This document shows, in pieces, positions 13,557 through 26,574 of a stretch of DNA of 64,000 nt. Origin of the DNA: Eledone cirrhosa (lineage: Eukaryota); contig OZ024753.1 of the NCBI GenBank assembly GCA_964016885.1, positions 44,330,001 to 44,394,000 on the forward strand. The letters run 5' to 3'. The position numbers and the translations under genes are program-made. The stretch's first letter is position 1. Each line of letters starts with the position of its first letter. Under the pieces are notes generated by a model, which was given only the letters and a program-made list of their open reading frames with translations, was not told the DNA's origin and did not search any database.

Positions 13557-13785
13557 TCAACCCTTTAGCATTTAAACTGGCCATATCTGGCCAGAATTCT
13601 CTCACCTCTTTCTGTACAAACTGGCTGAAACCAGTTGCTCATACTGATGATAAGGTATTGTTCTCAAAATATATGATATCAAAATCTTGTAGATTCAATA
13701 TTATGTGAGATTATTATGTGAGGTAAAACCTTTACTATGAAAATACAATAGTATATATAGAGTAATGTAAATGGTAAAGGGTTAA
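13557..13785 (-). mobile_element. piggyBac-type MITE, unit-length copy
   Basis: CCCTTTAGCATTTA ... TAAATGGTAAAGGG-TTAA. Same body as the other copies with a single 72-bp unit. Confidence 0.85.
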
Positions 13786-14502
13786 TCTCAGCCAGTGACA
13801 CTCTGTCTAACCCATGCCAGCATTGAAATATTTATAAAATGATGATGATAAATATATAAGAATCAGCTAAACATTCATAGGCTGACTATTGTCATTTTTT
13901 AGATATATTTTAAACTGATGACCTTAAATTGGTGATCTCTCATTTTATTTATTTTTGTTTTTATTTTTGGAGGGTTGGGGGTTACATAGAAATTCATGCA
14001 AATAAAAGTGTGTCCATGGCAATAGGTAGGTTGACAACTGCTGCTCTAGGCGGTGATGTAGTTTGGGTAAAATAATTACCATAGTGTCCAATATCCACAT
14101 TAACATTATATAAAATTTGATGATAAGTAATTAAATTGTTCTTTTGATGTTGGCAGAACTCAAGAGTAGGTCGCAGATTGTATATATGTCTCCTTAAATA
14201 ATAATACATTTGCTTCCATTAATAGTTTTAAGACACCATTACATAAAACACAGGAATCAAAGATATTCCAGCAATGGTACCATTTCTTAATATTTGATTG
14301 TATATAAGATTACACATATTGATAGATATATAGATATTTGTATATATCATGTATGTATATTATGGATTACCTATATATTCATATCTATTAATATTTTATA
14401 TGTAGAAATATATCTATTCCTGTATTTAGACTCATATCTCATTTTTCATTCATATATGCATTCATAGATGAATGATAAAACATGTGTATATATGTATTGT
14501 TA

Positions 14503-14843
14503 TACGAGGGTATGCTGAAAAGTTCATAGGCTATCTATGAAGGAGAGATGCTCAAGCTGTGAAATCTTGCATGCATCAATTTCAACTCTTCTTAATAACT
14601 GCATTGTTTCTTTCCAGGGACTATGTTGAAAAAGGAACCTAATTTGGTCATTCATGAGAGTATCTTGGTCAGCCTATGAAGGATTGATGCTAGAGATGTG
14701 AAATCTTGCATTCTTTAATTTCAACTCTTCTTATTAATAACTGCATTGTTTCTTTCCAGGGACTATGTTGAAAAAGAAACCTCATTTGGTCATTCCATGA
14801 GAGTATCTTGGTCAGCCTATCAACATTTCAGCCGACCCTAATA
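14503..14843 (+). mobile_element. Tc1/mariner-type MITE with ~139-bp internal duplication
   Basis: TA-CGAGGGTATGCTGAAAAGTTCATAGG ... CCTATCAACATTTCAGCCGACCCTAA-TA, i.e. imperfect TIRs with TA TSD. The internal unit CTATGAAGGA... is repeated at 14535 and 14674. Confidence 0.75.
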
Positions 14844-15168
14844 TAGATTTATTTGTCAATATTCAAATTCTGGCAGTCATGTTTACACAAGTCATATTAG
14901 ACCTGCTTCCTGTAAAGAGACAGCGACATACATCAACATTATAACATCTCCAGCAGATGATACTATGAATGTTTAGAAACATTGAAGGTAGATTTAGAAA
15001 CATTACTGATCTAAACAAATTGGAAAGAACTCCTATGAAAATATGTGAAAGGCTTTGGCAACTACAAAAGCAACAATAAAGCTTGTTCATAGTTGTGAGT
15101 TGTGTTTTCAATAAATGTCTGAAAGAGAATCTGGCTATGTCATATACATATGTTTATGCACATATGTA

Positions 15169-15212
<44 letters not shown>

Positions 15213-16191
15213 ATGTATATATATATACATATATGTATATATATATATATATATATATGTTTGTGTGTGTCTGTATTTATATATATTACACATATGTACA
15301 TGTATATTTATATATGTATGTATGTATGTATATATATATATACACACATCCATACACAGACATGCATGCAAGTGTAAAAAGACATAGATCTGCTTTCTCC
15401 CTCAATTACCATTGCAAGAGAGAGAGAGAGCAACTCCTTATTCAAACTACTTTCACTTATTTATGGGTTTCAATACAAAGTACTGAATTAAACATTTTGA
15501 AGAATCTCTCTTACACAGGTCCACTTAAGAGGACAATACTAGAGAAAAACCCATAAATTCTCCAAGACTCAAGAATATATCACATAAAAATATCATAGCT
15601 TTCTTTCTTTTTTTCCTATTTGTTTTTCCCTTTATGTGTCTTGTGTTGATGCTCTAGTATGTTTGGCTTTCTTTTTGCTGTTGTTGTTTTATTTTATTTT
15701 TGTTCTTATTTATACAAAATGGATTTCTCTATTTTTTTTTTTTTTGTGTGTGTTTTTGTTTCGGTAAATTATCTTTCTTTTTTTCTTTATTTTTAGTTTT
15801 AGTTTCGTCTTGTTTATTTGTAAAATGCTGTTCTTGTATCAATTCCTAGACAGCATCTCTACTTTTGAGCACACATTGAAATACAGTTCCAGCATATTTA
15901 GTTAATTCTTTGTCTTTTTTTAATATTTTTCTTTCCTGCTTTGCTCAATATAAGTTGGTGCCATAAGTCTTCATGTGCCTATTGATTTCTTGGAGTGCTT
16001 TTCACAGTCTCACTTACCTATTTTATGCTGTCTTCTTCACTTTACTTTCATTGTTGGAGTTTCCTTTGCAGTAGGTGGCTTTTTTTTTATTTATATTGAT
16101 ATATTCTCTATTTTTTTTTTTTTTTAATTTTCTGAATTCATTTGCATACAACTGTGCATAAAGTGGGACGCACACATTTACATCACATACA

Positions 16192-16275
16192 TATTGGGTT
16201 GTAACATAAATTCCCGCCGTTGTTATAAAACTTCTTAATACAAAAGACGGCATGAATTTATGTTACAACCCAATA
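16192..16275. mobile_element. 80-bp mariner-derived MITE (MADE1-like architecture)
   Basis: TA-TTGGGTTGTAACATAAATTC ... GAATTTATGTTACAACCCAA-TA, a perfect 20-bp TIR with TA TSD. Confidence 0.85.
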
Positions 16276-16714
16276 TATATATATATGTGTGTATATGTAC
16301 ATATCTATATCTATGTATTATAAGCTCACCTGAAATCTGATCAATTTCCATAGTGAATTCTTAATTATGTGGGACCTTACTAGGAACTTAACAACTTAGC
16401 ATTGTTACATTTATTAATATAAATATCTTAGTACAATAGTAAAACATCCTTTATATTTACCAGACTCCTTTTTTCTTTTTTTTTCTTTTTGTGGTCAGCA
16501 GGGATTACTGAAAGTAAAATTTATTCTATGGAGGCATGATTATACATTCAAGAAGACGCCTCACTTTCATTCAGGAAGCATTGATGTCATTAGACGGTGT
16601 CCAACGTTCATTGGATGTTTTGATCCTCAACTGTAACAACCTCTGGGTCAGCAGTGTTGGCATATTAGTATTCCATAGCGTTTTAAGTACAGTATATTCA
16701 AAACTCTATGGTCT

Positions 16715-17020
16715 GTCTTGTACTCTGTCACTTAACGCCACGGTAAACAGGAGAGGCCCCATCCTGATGAATCTCTAGGTTTGAGACAGACTTTAACTTT
16801 GACACTGTGGTGGACTGGCATCCTGTCCTTTGGGGTGTCTTGTACTCTCAGTCACTCAATGCCACGGTAAACAGGAGAGGCCCCATCCTGATGAATCTCT
16901 AGGTTTGAGACAGACTTTAATACTGTGGTGGACTAGCATCCTGTCCTTGGGGTGTCTTGTACTCTCATTTGCTCAATGCTATAGAAACTGGGATAAGCAT
17001 CAGACTTGAGACATACTTTA
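16715..17020 (+). repeat. tandem triplication (~117-122 bp) of a V-SINE-like 3' segment
   Basis: GTCTTGTACTC at 16715, 16837 and 16954. GGTGGACTGGCATCCTGTCC and GCTATAGAAACTGGGATAAGC resemble V-domain SINE bodies. Confidence 0.6.
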
Positions 17021-17472
17021 AACTTATTTTTTTATATAGACATAATTGGCAATGGACTCTTTCTCAAGCCCAATCCTAAAACTAGATCACAGGTAAATCA
17101 CCTTCATACAGGTCTATCTTATAAAAACAACTCTAGTTTCAATGTTTTCTATAAAATCCTATTTAAATAAAACATAGACAAGGTTAAGTAAGAAGTCAAA
17201 TTATTCTGAATAAATTTCAAATTAATCTGATATATATTTCACACAGAAAGAAAGTATGACATCTTGGAACAGTGGAATTGGAAGTTGTAGCTTTCATTCA
17301 TTCCCAGAAGACAACTAGTGCAGTAAGCTAATTGTCTTCAACCAAGAAAGCATCTCTCTGGGGTTTGACAGGTAAAGAATCTGGTTAACTTCTTAATTAA
17401 TTATATAACTCTTTGTATTTTTGTGTATTAGTATTCTGTTGGTTCCTGAAAACTTGTCCTAATTATGTGATA

Positions 17473-17517
<45 letters not shown>

Positions 17518-17649
17518 ATGTACTTGTGTGTAAGCATACACACATTTAAAAGGCTTGTGCATGATGTATAGTTATGTATAACTATACATACATGTTTGAA
17601 TATGCATATATACGCTCACACACAATATATATATCATTATCATTTTTTT

Positions 17650-17706
<57 letters not shown>

Positions 17707-18109
17707 GTGGAATACTCCATTATAATCACTTGCAACACATACATATATATATACATATATAAACCACATAAACTGAACATATATACACAATCACACGTAC
17801 ACACATGCACCTAAACACACACACACTAACATAACCAAAGAGAGACACACTTTTATAATATGATGTTGATCAGACTTGTCTAATGAGACCAATGTGAGAA
17901 AAGTAATTAAATTCTAAATTTCATTTAGTCCTTGAAATTTATTCGAAATCAATTTCAATGTGAAAGTGAGGCCAAATAAAATAAAGAAGAACCAAAACAT
18001 ATCACATTCTTCTTTAAGTAAATTATAAATCTGTCAAGTCAAGAAGTATTTTAGATGAGAAGTTTGTAGCTGTTTCTTGTTTTTTTTTTGGTGTGTGTCT
18101 GGTTTGTTT

Positions 18110-18290
18110 TTAACCATTTTGTTACCATATTTCTAATGAAAGATACTGGCTATGAATTTGAAATTATTTTGAAATTAATGAAGAATTTGAAAATAATTTA
18201 GTAATATAACTAACTTTCTCATTATTAAATTGGTATTTTGAACATATCTTAACAAAGATTCTTACAGAAAATTATGATCAAAGATTTTTA
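18110..18290 (+). mobile_element. fragment of a second, older TTAA-type MITE family
   Basis: Starts TTAACCATTTTGTTACCATATTTC. A reverse-complement relative at ~43230-43355 ends GGGTTAA. A possible other end lies at ~41215-41333 (AAAAGGGTTAA). Confidence 0.45.
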
Positions 18291-18816
18291 GATAACTATC
18301 ACTGTAAAGTGGTTGTGTTGGGGCCAGGATAAAAAGCACCTAGTCCACAGTAAAAAGTGGTCCTTTCGGAGCCATAATAAAAGGCACAGAGACCACACTG
18401 TATTATACATGCACACCTTTGATCAGTTGTAGTGCACCTGAGCACTGTACACAATTTTCATTATTATTATTTTTATTATTATAATATACTTTATGTTATT
18501 TCACCAATATTACAATTATATTTTCTCAATACCAACATATGACACCATAATGTAGTTTGTATTGTTACTTCAATAATACTACAGATATATTTCTGGTTCC
18601 CAATACCAACACATGATACCATATTGCAAAGTTTCATTAAAACTGTTGACCTTGTTGGCCTCTGGTTTAGCTATTTGTCAATAAATGACATTAGAATATG
18701 ACTTTTCCAATAAAGCTTATCAACTAAGACCATCTACCTCTCACCCAGTACTTTCTCTGGCGATTAATACCTGCATTCAATTGTTCATTGTGGATATTTA
18801 TTAATTAAAAAGATGA

Positions 18817-18990
18817 GGGCAGTGGATTGGCAGAATCGGCAGAGCATCGGACAACATGCTTAGCAGCATAGTGTTACGGCCCTTTATGTTCTGAGTTCAA
18901 ATCATGCTACGGTTAGCTTTACTTTTCATCTTTCCAGGGCCGATAAAATAAAGTACATTGTTGGTCTTGTGCTTAAATCAGAAACCAATA
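18817..18990 (+). mobile_element. tRNA-derived SINE (Meta-like), diverged
   Basis: GTGGATTGGCAGAATCGG ... GAGTTCAAATC ... TTTCATC ... GATAAAATAAAGTAC. Confidence 0.75.
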
Positions 18991-19069
18991 ATTAAAATAA
19001 CTTTAATTTAATTCACAGGTTTTGTTTGTTTTAAATTTCTTATTTCTATAAATGGGTGGATTTTATCAT

Positions 19070-19385
19070 GGCACTGATAAAATACACCCAGTGCACTCTG
19101 TAAAGTGGTGGTGCAGTGCTACGATAAAATGCACCCATTACACTCTGAAAAGTGGTAGTGCAGTGCAACAATAAAATGCACTCAGTACACTCTGTAAAGT
19201 GGTTGATGTCAGGAAAGGTAGTAAGCTGTAGAAACCATGCTAGAAAAAGGAAAGTAAGAGCAAACAGTAGTCTTACCACTTTGTCTTCACTCCCACCCCC
19301 AACCTCTTTAAGGCCATAACTATCCGTCCAACCCATACCAACATGGGAAGCAGATGTAAAACGATGCTGATGACAATGATGATGA
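19070..19385 (+). mobile_element. SINE/RTE-tail fragment with three ~48-bp internal repeats
   Basis: ATAAAATGCACCCAGTACACTCTGTAAAGTGG-like unit three times, then GTAGAAACCATGC ... CCAACCCATACCAACATGGGAAGCAGATGTAAAACGATG tail. Confidence 0.6.
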
Positions 19386-19925
19386 TATGAAAGTTGTTTT
19401 TAGAATAAATCCAACTTAATGAGTCCCAATGTTTACTGACTGGATTACGGTGATTTCAAGCCTCCTTGTACTTTTCCCAGACGCTGTACAGCTGAAGCAG
19501 CTGCCATCTTACTCAAGTATAGAAATCTTGTTAACATACTATTACTTACAGAATACTGGAGCTGCAGTGAAAAAAACAAACCAAAAAACAAACAAACATT
19601 GACAGCGTTTGAGTGTGTTTCATTACATTACACGTTCCTTTTCACGTGTGTGAGTCTGTAAATGTGTCTATTTACACAGACTGTTGAAATTTGGCACATA
19701 TATACAATAGGAAGGTGCACTTTGTAGAAGTTAATTTGGAAGGAAAACTGGCAAAGAAGCGAAATAAATAAACGATGATATAAGGTTGATTCAATCTGCT
19801 ACAGCAAATCACATTACAAAAAAAAGATCCTTTTCATAGCTGAGCTATCATAGCCAGCAATATATTTGTTTAAATATTTTATTCACAGACAGTTCGATAT
19901 ATATCTGTATACATACATTACATAG

Positions 19926-19991
<66 letters not shown>

Positions 19992-20120
19992 ATCTGTGTA
20001 TGTATGTATGTATATAAATAAATATATATATGTGTGCATATGTATCTGTTTATATAAATATATATATATGCATGTATCTGTGTATATATACATATATATA
20101 TGTGTGTGTGTGTATGTATC

Positions 20121-20202
<82 letters not shown>

Positions 20203-20707
20203 GCCCTGAGTCCACATGCAGTTAATGCACTTGAGAAAGTCATGAAATACCTAAAGCTTATGCAACAAAATAAAATATTTATGTATACTAGCACATAACC
20301 CAACTCTTAGATTGGGTAAGATAGCTTAATTGTAAATACATTGATTTGCAGTAATAGGAATGAGAAAAAAAATGTAAGCATTGGTGTGGTAGAAAGGTTT
20401 GTTTTGGCAACCACATCCTTCTGATTTTAATTTCACTGCATGTACCATAAACATTGGGTTCACCTGTATCTTGTTAGTGGAATTTGGTTGATGGAATCTG
20501 TTTAGAAGCCTGTCACATATATGGTTGGTGACAGGAAGGGCATTCAGCCATAGAAAACCTACCAAACAAAAGATCAGGAAGACTCTTCAGCTACACCAAA
20601 GACATAACATCTTCCCTAATATTGGTGCCTCGATAACATTCATGTGATCTCTGATATGTCGAACACTTGCTAGTAGGAGAAAATGGATGTTAAATGATGA
20701 TGAGGGT

Positions 20708-20942
20708 CATCATCATTTTATGTCTGCTTTTCCATCCCTGCATGATTTGGACTGGTTCTTCCAAAGACAACGTCTCTCCAAACATCTTTGTACTTTGTCA
20801 ACTTATCTCCTCTGTGAGATTCAGTGATTTAAAATCAGCTCTGACAACCTCTACCCACCTCTTCCTTCTTCTCCTTCTACCACTGCTCTCCTCCACTCAG
20901 ATTTCTCATCACTTCTTCATCTAACACTCAACCTCCACAGCC
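20708..20942 (-). mobile_element. degenerate RTE LINE 3' end (short-UTR type)
   Basis: Reverse complement aligns by eye with 51110-51315 (TGGGTAGAGGTTGTCAGAGCTGATTTTAAATCACTGAATCTCACAGAGGAGAT). Confidence 0.7.
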
Positions 20943-20969
20943 ATATATATATATATATATATTATATAT

Positions 20970-21256
20970 GTAGGAGGTGAGTTTTATTGTAGTACAATAA
21001 AGCAATGCAGATATCGGATAAGAAGCACTCTACAGTTTGTAGGACTGGAGTATGAATAATATATAAGATCAAAAGATGGTTAAAAGAGTTCCATATGTTG
21101 ATTTAAAACTTCACTATTCACAAGTGTGTTTTAACCTTCATATCATGTCTCACTATTTTATCTGACGAAAACGCAAATGTTATTGCATGATGATATTTGT
21201 TTTTGAAATGCGCATAATAAAAAATACATGGAACTCTTTTAACCATCTTTTGATCT

Positions 21257-21270
<14 letters not shown>
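20970..21270. mobile_element. Penelope-like pLTR remnant with fold-back arms and hammerhead
   Basis: Inverted arms ATAATATATAAGATCAAAAGATGGTTAAAAGAGTTCCAT / ATGGAACTCTTTTAACCATCTTTTGATCTTATATATTAT with an HHR motif inside; flanked by (TA)n. The PLE identity is inferred from the HHR plus fold-back architecture. Confidence 0.68.
21156..21222 (+). ncRNA. minimal type-I hammerhead ribozyme
   Basis: Stem I TTTTAT/ATAAAA; core CTGACGA (21162); stem II AAA..CAAATGTTAT/ATGATATTTG..TTT; GAAA (21205); palindromic stem III ATGCGCAT; NUH = ATA. Confidence 0.8.
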
Positions 21271-21310
<40 letters not shown>

Positions 21311-21470
21311 TAAATAAAGTTTCATACACTGATCATGTATGTGTGACCATATTAAGTATATGAAACTTTAATTATACTAAATAAGCTCTCCTGCATTGTT
21401 TTCCTCAGATATATCCTGCATATACATATATAAATATATATATACACATACTTGATATATATATATATAT

Positions 21471-21692
21471 GAAGTATTTCCGTAGCGAGGGTAAAGGAAA
21501 GGAGAGTGCTGTATGTATGCTACAGAGCTATTTAATTATGTAATAAACAACATAAGACAATTATTCCATTTACCAAAGGTTTCATGAAGACATTCTGATG
21601 AGCGATTTCAGATGTCTCTGTTGAGCTTGTCTGTCTTCGTGAAACCTTTGGTAAATGGAATAATTGTCTTATGTTGTTTATTACATAATTAA

Positions 21693-21697
<5 letters not shown>
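21471..21697. mobile_element. Penelope-like pLTR remnant with ~60-bp near-perfect fold-back
   Basis: Arms ~21533-21592 and 21632-21691 are reverse complements with one mismatch; contains an HHR; sits in (TA)n. Confidence 0.72.
21591..21657 (+). ncRNA. type-I hammerhead ribozyme
   Basis: CATT-CTGATGA-GCGA...TCGT-GAAA-CCTTTGG-TA-AATG: stem I CATT/AATG, stem II GCGA/TCGT, short stem III, GUA cleavage triplet. Confidence 0.8.
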
Positions 21698-21733
<36 letters not shown>

Positions 21734-21975
21734 AATTTTAAAACCACTCTGTTGAGAACTTAATTCGTTTTGTGATATTTTGCAATTTTGCAATAATAAC
21801 ACACATACTGAATTCATCCGCCAAAACTAAGGGTTGCCCCCCCCCCCCCCCTTGTCGAACCCCACATGGGTTTTGATAACGGTCAGTCCTTCGCTTGGCA
21901 CTTGAACTAAAAGCCTGTTGAGAAAGTGACTTCCTTGTTCGATCATCTTACCAAAAGCTTAACATTATTTGTCTA

Positions 21976-22153
21976 TTGGCAGTATCGGTAGAGGGTTGGG
22001 CGCCATGCTTTGAAGCATATAGTTACTTCCCTTTATGATCCTAGTTCAAATCCCGCCGAGGTTAACTTTGCCTTTCATCCTTACGGGGTCGATAAAATAA
22101 AGTACCAGTAATGCACTGGGATAATTGCTGGCCTTGTGCCAAAAGTAGAAACA
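21976..22153 (+). mobile_element. tRNA-derived SINE (Meta-like), young copy with TSD
   Basis: B-box GTTCAAATCC and domain GCCTTTCATCCTTACGGGGTCGATAAAATAAAGTACCAG; flanked by the direct repeat ATTATTTGTCTA. Confidence 0.88.
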
Positions 22154-22459
22154 ATTATTTGTCTAAGCAGACAGTACCTGATTTAGGAGTTGCAGAAACC
22201 CAAATGCTGGATTTTACCAACCTTCCAGGGGTCCGGGTATAATTTTCAATCATATTTTATTTGTTTGACCCGAATTACTTGGTCGTTTCTATGGCTGTGT
22301 GGATAATGGTTTAACCATCGTCTCAGTGTGTTTGGCCTTGTAACGTATGTTGTAGCTCTAGTTCACTAGCTTCTATGGAGCGCTGGCCACACATCTCGGA
22401 AGTTGTTTTTCGTTAATTTCCAATAGCCGAAATACGATTCTCGCTAATTTATATTTATA

Positions 22460-22540
<81 letters not shown>

Positions 22541-22550
22541 ATATATATAC

Positions 22551-22695
<145 letters not shown>

Positions 22696-22726
22696 CATAT
22701 ATATATATATATATCTATATATATAC

Positions 22727-22823
<97 letters not shown>

Positions 22824-23719
22824 GGCAAAATGATTAATGAAAGAGTTACAAGCCATTAAAACATATCTTTATAAAGCTTTTACACATGTTTCACCCAATG
22901 GGGTTAGTTTGAGGCAGATACTAAGGCAGATACTGGTATATATATATAATCATCATTGCCATTTAATGTCCATTTTTCAATGCTATATTCTCTAGACACA
23001 CTCACCTCACTGTAAAATGTTACACTATGAGTTAATCAACATTATACTGTGTTTCCCATATATGTGTGGTGTTGACTTGTTGAAAATGTTGTTTGAAACA
23101 AGACTTTGGTTACCTTTCACCTGTATGACACAGCGCTGACATGGAGAGACAGAAAACTTACTCTCTGACATCTTATCTCTCATGACTTGTCAGAATGGTT
23201 AATTTGATTTGATATCATGATCAAAATGGTATCAGACATTGCATAAAACATTTGATTTTCTTTCAATCTGGCTTGTAGCTGTCTTGAGAGAGAATAATGA
23301 ATTCTGTAATTAAATTTCCTCATCTATATAGGAATTAGCAAGACGATGTCTCATCATTGAATTTGACATACTATATAACTTAGATAATAAATTCCTTTAA
23401 AATGCTTCAAACTGTCTTGATTGTAGATTGTTATATTCAGACCACAACACTGCTATATAAATACTTCACAAATACATTATTAAACATGTACACACACACA
23501 TATACAGAGTTAAGGATAGGAATCTAATAAATTGGCACATTGGTATATATATATATATATCTAGGTTCTTTTCAGTGGCTGACAATACATTACCGGCGCC
23601 ACTCGATTAAGGTAATTATTTAACCCATAAATGAGGCCCTAACAGACACTACTACTCCGGGCCAGATATATATATATTTATATCGTTTTCTATTCTATAT
23701 ATATATTTAATATAGAAAT

Positions 23720-23770
23720 GGCTTCTACGGGACTAGAACTATTTCATTCGGGAGCAATCATCAGGAAGCC
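23720..23770 (-). ncRNA. degenerate hammerhead-like motif in a probable pLTR remnant
   Basis: Minus strand GGCTTC-CTGATGA-N12-GAAA-N14-TA-GAAGCC with a perfect 6-bp stem I; upstream GTATAAATA. Stems II and III pair poorly. Confidence 0.45.
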
Positions 23771-25350
23771 CACTGTCAATGAATATGGTGGTATTTATAC
23801 ATATTCTGGTGGTACGAGAGGGTGGTGATTGGGATGGGTGGAGAGGTAATTGGTTGATGTATTTAAAGAAAGGGGATTCTTTAAAACTATATATATATAT
23901 ATATATGGTTCACAACTTTACTTTTTAACCATGTTGTTTCATGTTCAATCCCTGCATTTTATTGGGTCACAAAACTACCATTTTATTGGGTCACAAAACT
24001 ACCATTTTACGGTATCCAGCCAGCTTGCTCAGAGTCTACCCCTGGGTTGCTGCCAGTTGGTTTTGCCTGTAAAATCTGTCCAGTAATTCTTTCCTGAGAT
24101 ATTCTAACCACATATCTGTAATATTGGAGCTGTGATCTCTATTTCAATTAAGTAAGATTAGAAGGTTTTACTGAAACTATAAATAATTTCAATAAACTCC
24201 TTAATCTATCACTGCCTTGCTGATACTAATATTCCTAGCAGAAGGAGAAATATGAAATAAAGAGTCTTGTTTTAGAAGGAGAGTAATAGAGGAAAGGGAA
24301 GTAAGAAATGATAGAATAGAAAATTTATTTTTATATCCAAACCAGAAGATTTGTCTGAAGATAAGATGAACTAAGAATGTCTAAGAATATAATGAGTGTT
24401 GTCACAGATCTAATATTATAATACTTCATTAATAATGAGGGTAAAAATAGATCTAAATATTTTTCTTTCAAATATATTTGAATTCATAACTCCTACGTTT
24501 CTTTTTATACAGTTTTGTGTTCTGTGGCTAAACTTTGATTTGAATAACTTTGAAAAATTGTTTATCATTATTTATCATCTCCACCACCATCATTATCGTC
24601 ACCATCACCACTATCACCATCATCATTATCACCATCATAAACATCATCATCACCACCACTATCATTATCATCATCATCACCATTATTACAGCGCCATCAT
24701 CATCATCAACAGCGCCATCATCATCATCATATTTTATTCTTTATATCACACTATATCATGTATGAAAGCTTTATTATATTCTTTCAGTCCACTGAGTCCA
24801 CTAGAGTCAATAACGAAGTGAGACAAATGTCCCTCTGGCTATGAAGCTAGTCTTTTTCACCTACCATTTCTTAATTTGAAATGCTGCTGCTGTTTGTTAC
24901 AGTAAGCTTTACATAGTTACATCTCAGTTGAGAAGACAAATAAGATAAAATGTGTTTGGCATGATATATTATATCTTTTAAAAGTAGGTACAGGTCATTG
25001 GTCTATCTGTTGGCTGTTTTGGCTGTTTAATATTCTGTTAATATGACTACCTACACAACACAACATAATATCATCATCATCACTGTTAAACTTCTGTTTT
25101 TCCAAGCTTGCATGTTAGGTCGTCCATGTTACGATACAAGTCTGGCCAGTTGGCTGCACCATAACAAATGAAAATGTATATATGAAACTGGTAAAGGAAA
25201 CAAATAAATATTCTTAAAAAGACTCCAGTTGCATTTTCAATTTCTTTTCCTTATATTTTCATTCGTGTAGGACATCTCGTTTTTTTTTCTTAAAAAAACC
25301 CCATTATTTTCTTATATATATACAGTATATATATACACACATATATATAC

Positions 25351-25387
<37 letters not shown>

Positions 25388-25392
25388 CATAC

Positions 25393-25423
<31 letters not shown>

Positions 25424-25525
25424 AATATATATATATACATACATACATATATATATATATCATCATCATCGTTTAACGTCCATCTTCCACAGTAGCTTGG
25501 GTTAGACGTGAGTTGTGCCACTTGA

Positions 25526-25581
<56 letters not shown>

Positions 25582-26365
25582 CATATTTCCAATTTTAAAT
25601 CTTAATTTCTCTTTATTAATTTATTTGTTTTCTGTTCTCTTCACTGTATCACCTTATATTTATTTTTAAGTTGAGATTGATTATAACACAAACACATTTT
25701 GTTTGATTATCTTATTCCTTTATTCTTTTATTATTTTAACATCTTTTTTCCTCATACCAATCTATCCAACATACTTCTGACCTTGAGATTGGTTATAGCA
25801 CACATACACTTTATCCTACTTTATTTGAATCTTCATTTTATTTTTCACTTTTCCATATTCATTTTCATTACTTTTTCACCAATTTTTCATTTATTCTTTA
25901 TTCTCTATTTATTATTTATTTTCTGTTTTCTTCATTTATTGCCTTATATTTCTTCATATACATGGAAGACCCCACCCCCCACCACCACCACCACCATGAG
26001 AGATGGTGGCAGGAGGGATGAAGAAAAAACACACACAGATACTTCTAAATTGTCAGCAGCAGCAAGACATAAGCTGACCACAACACTATCAACACTACCG
26101 AAATAATGGTAGAGGTCAAATGTACTTAACAATAGCAAACACAAACACTACAGGGAGCCTCGCCCCAGAAAGAATTTCTATAGACTTCTGACTGAGGATC
26201 GCTCTCAAAACTGACCAATGGGAAGTTTTACATTTTTTTGTTATTTTGTTCCTTTACCACCTTGTTCCTTCTACCACTTTATCAATTTTTTAAGCTAACC
26301 CCAACAATAACAACACTACCAACACAAGAATTGAGGTCAGATGTACCTAACAATGAAATAATAAT

Positions 26366-26548
26366 AATTGTTTTTACTTTTCGCACAAGGTCAACAATTA
26401 TCTCAGTGTATTACTGGTACTTTATTTTATCGACCCCGTAAGGATGAAAGGCAAAGTTAACCTCGGCAGGATTTGAACTCAGACCGTAAAGGGACGTAAC
26501 TCTATACGGCATGGCGTCCGACTCTCTACTGATACTGCCAATCCACCA
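26366..26548 (-). mobile_element. tRNA-derived SINE (Meta-like)
   Basis: Full-length reverse copy; TGAAATAAT on both flanks. Confidence 0.85.
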
Positions 26549-26574
26549 CTGAAATAATGAAATAATAATAATAA

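Noticed and set aside
16012-16085. Minus-strand exon ending in AG|GTAAGT
   Set aside because: The donor is good, but there is no polypyrimidine acceptor and all three frames contain stops.
16758-16800. Hammerhead from CTGATGA at 16764 and 16889
   Set aside because: No GAAA at the right place (GAGAC instead) and no stem I or III; it is part of a SINE tail.
21307-21379. Additional hammerhead in a small hairpin (CTGATCA...GAAAC)
   Set aside because: Core G8 is altered and no NUH or stem I can be assigned; kept only as a probable fold-back relic.
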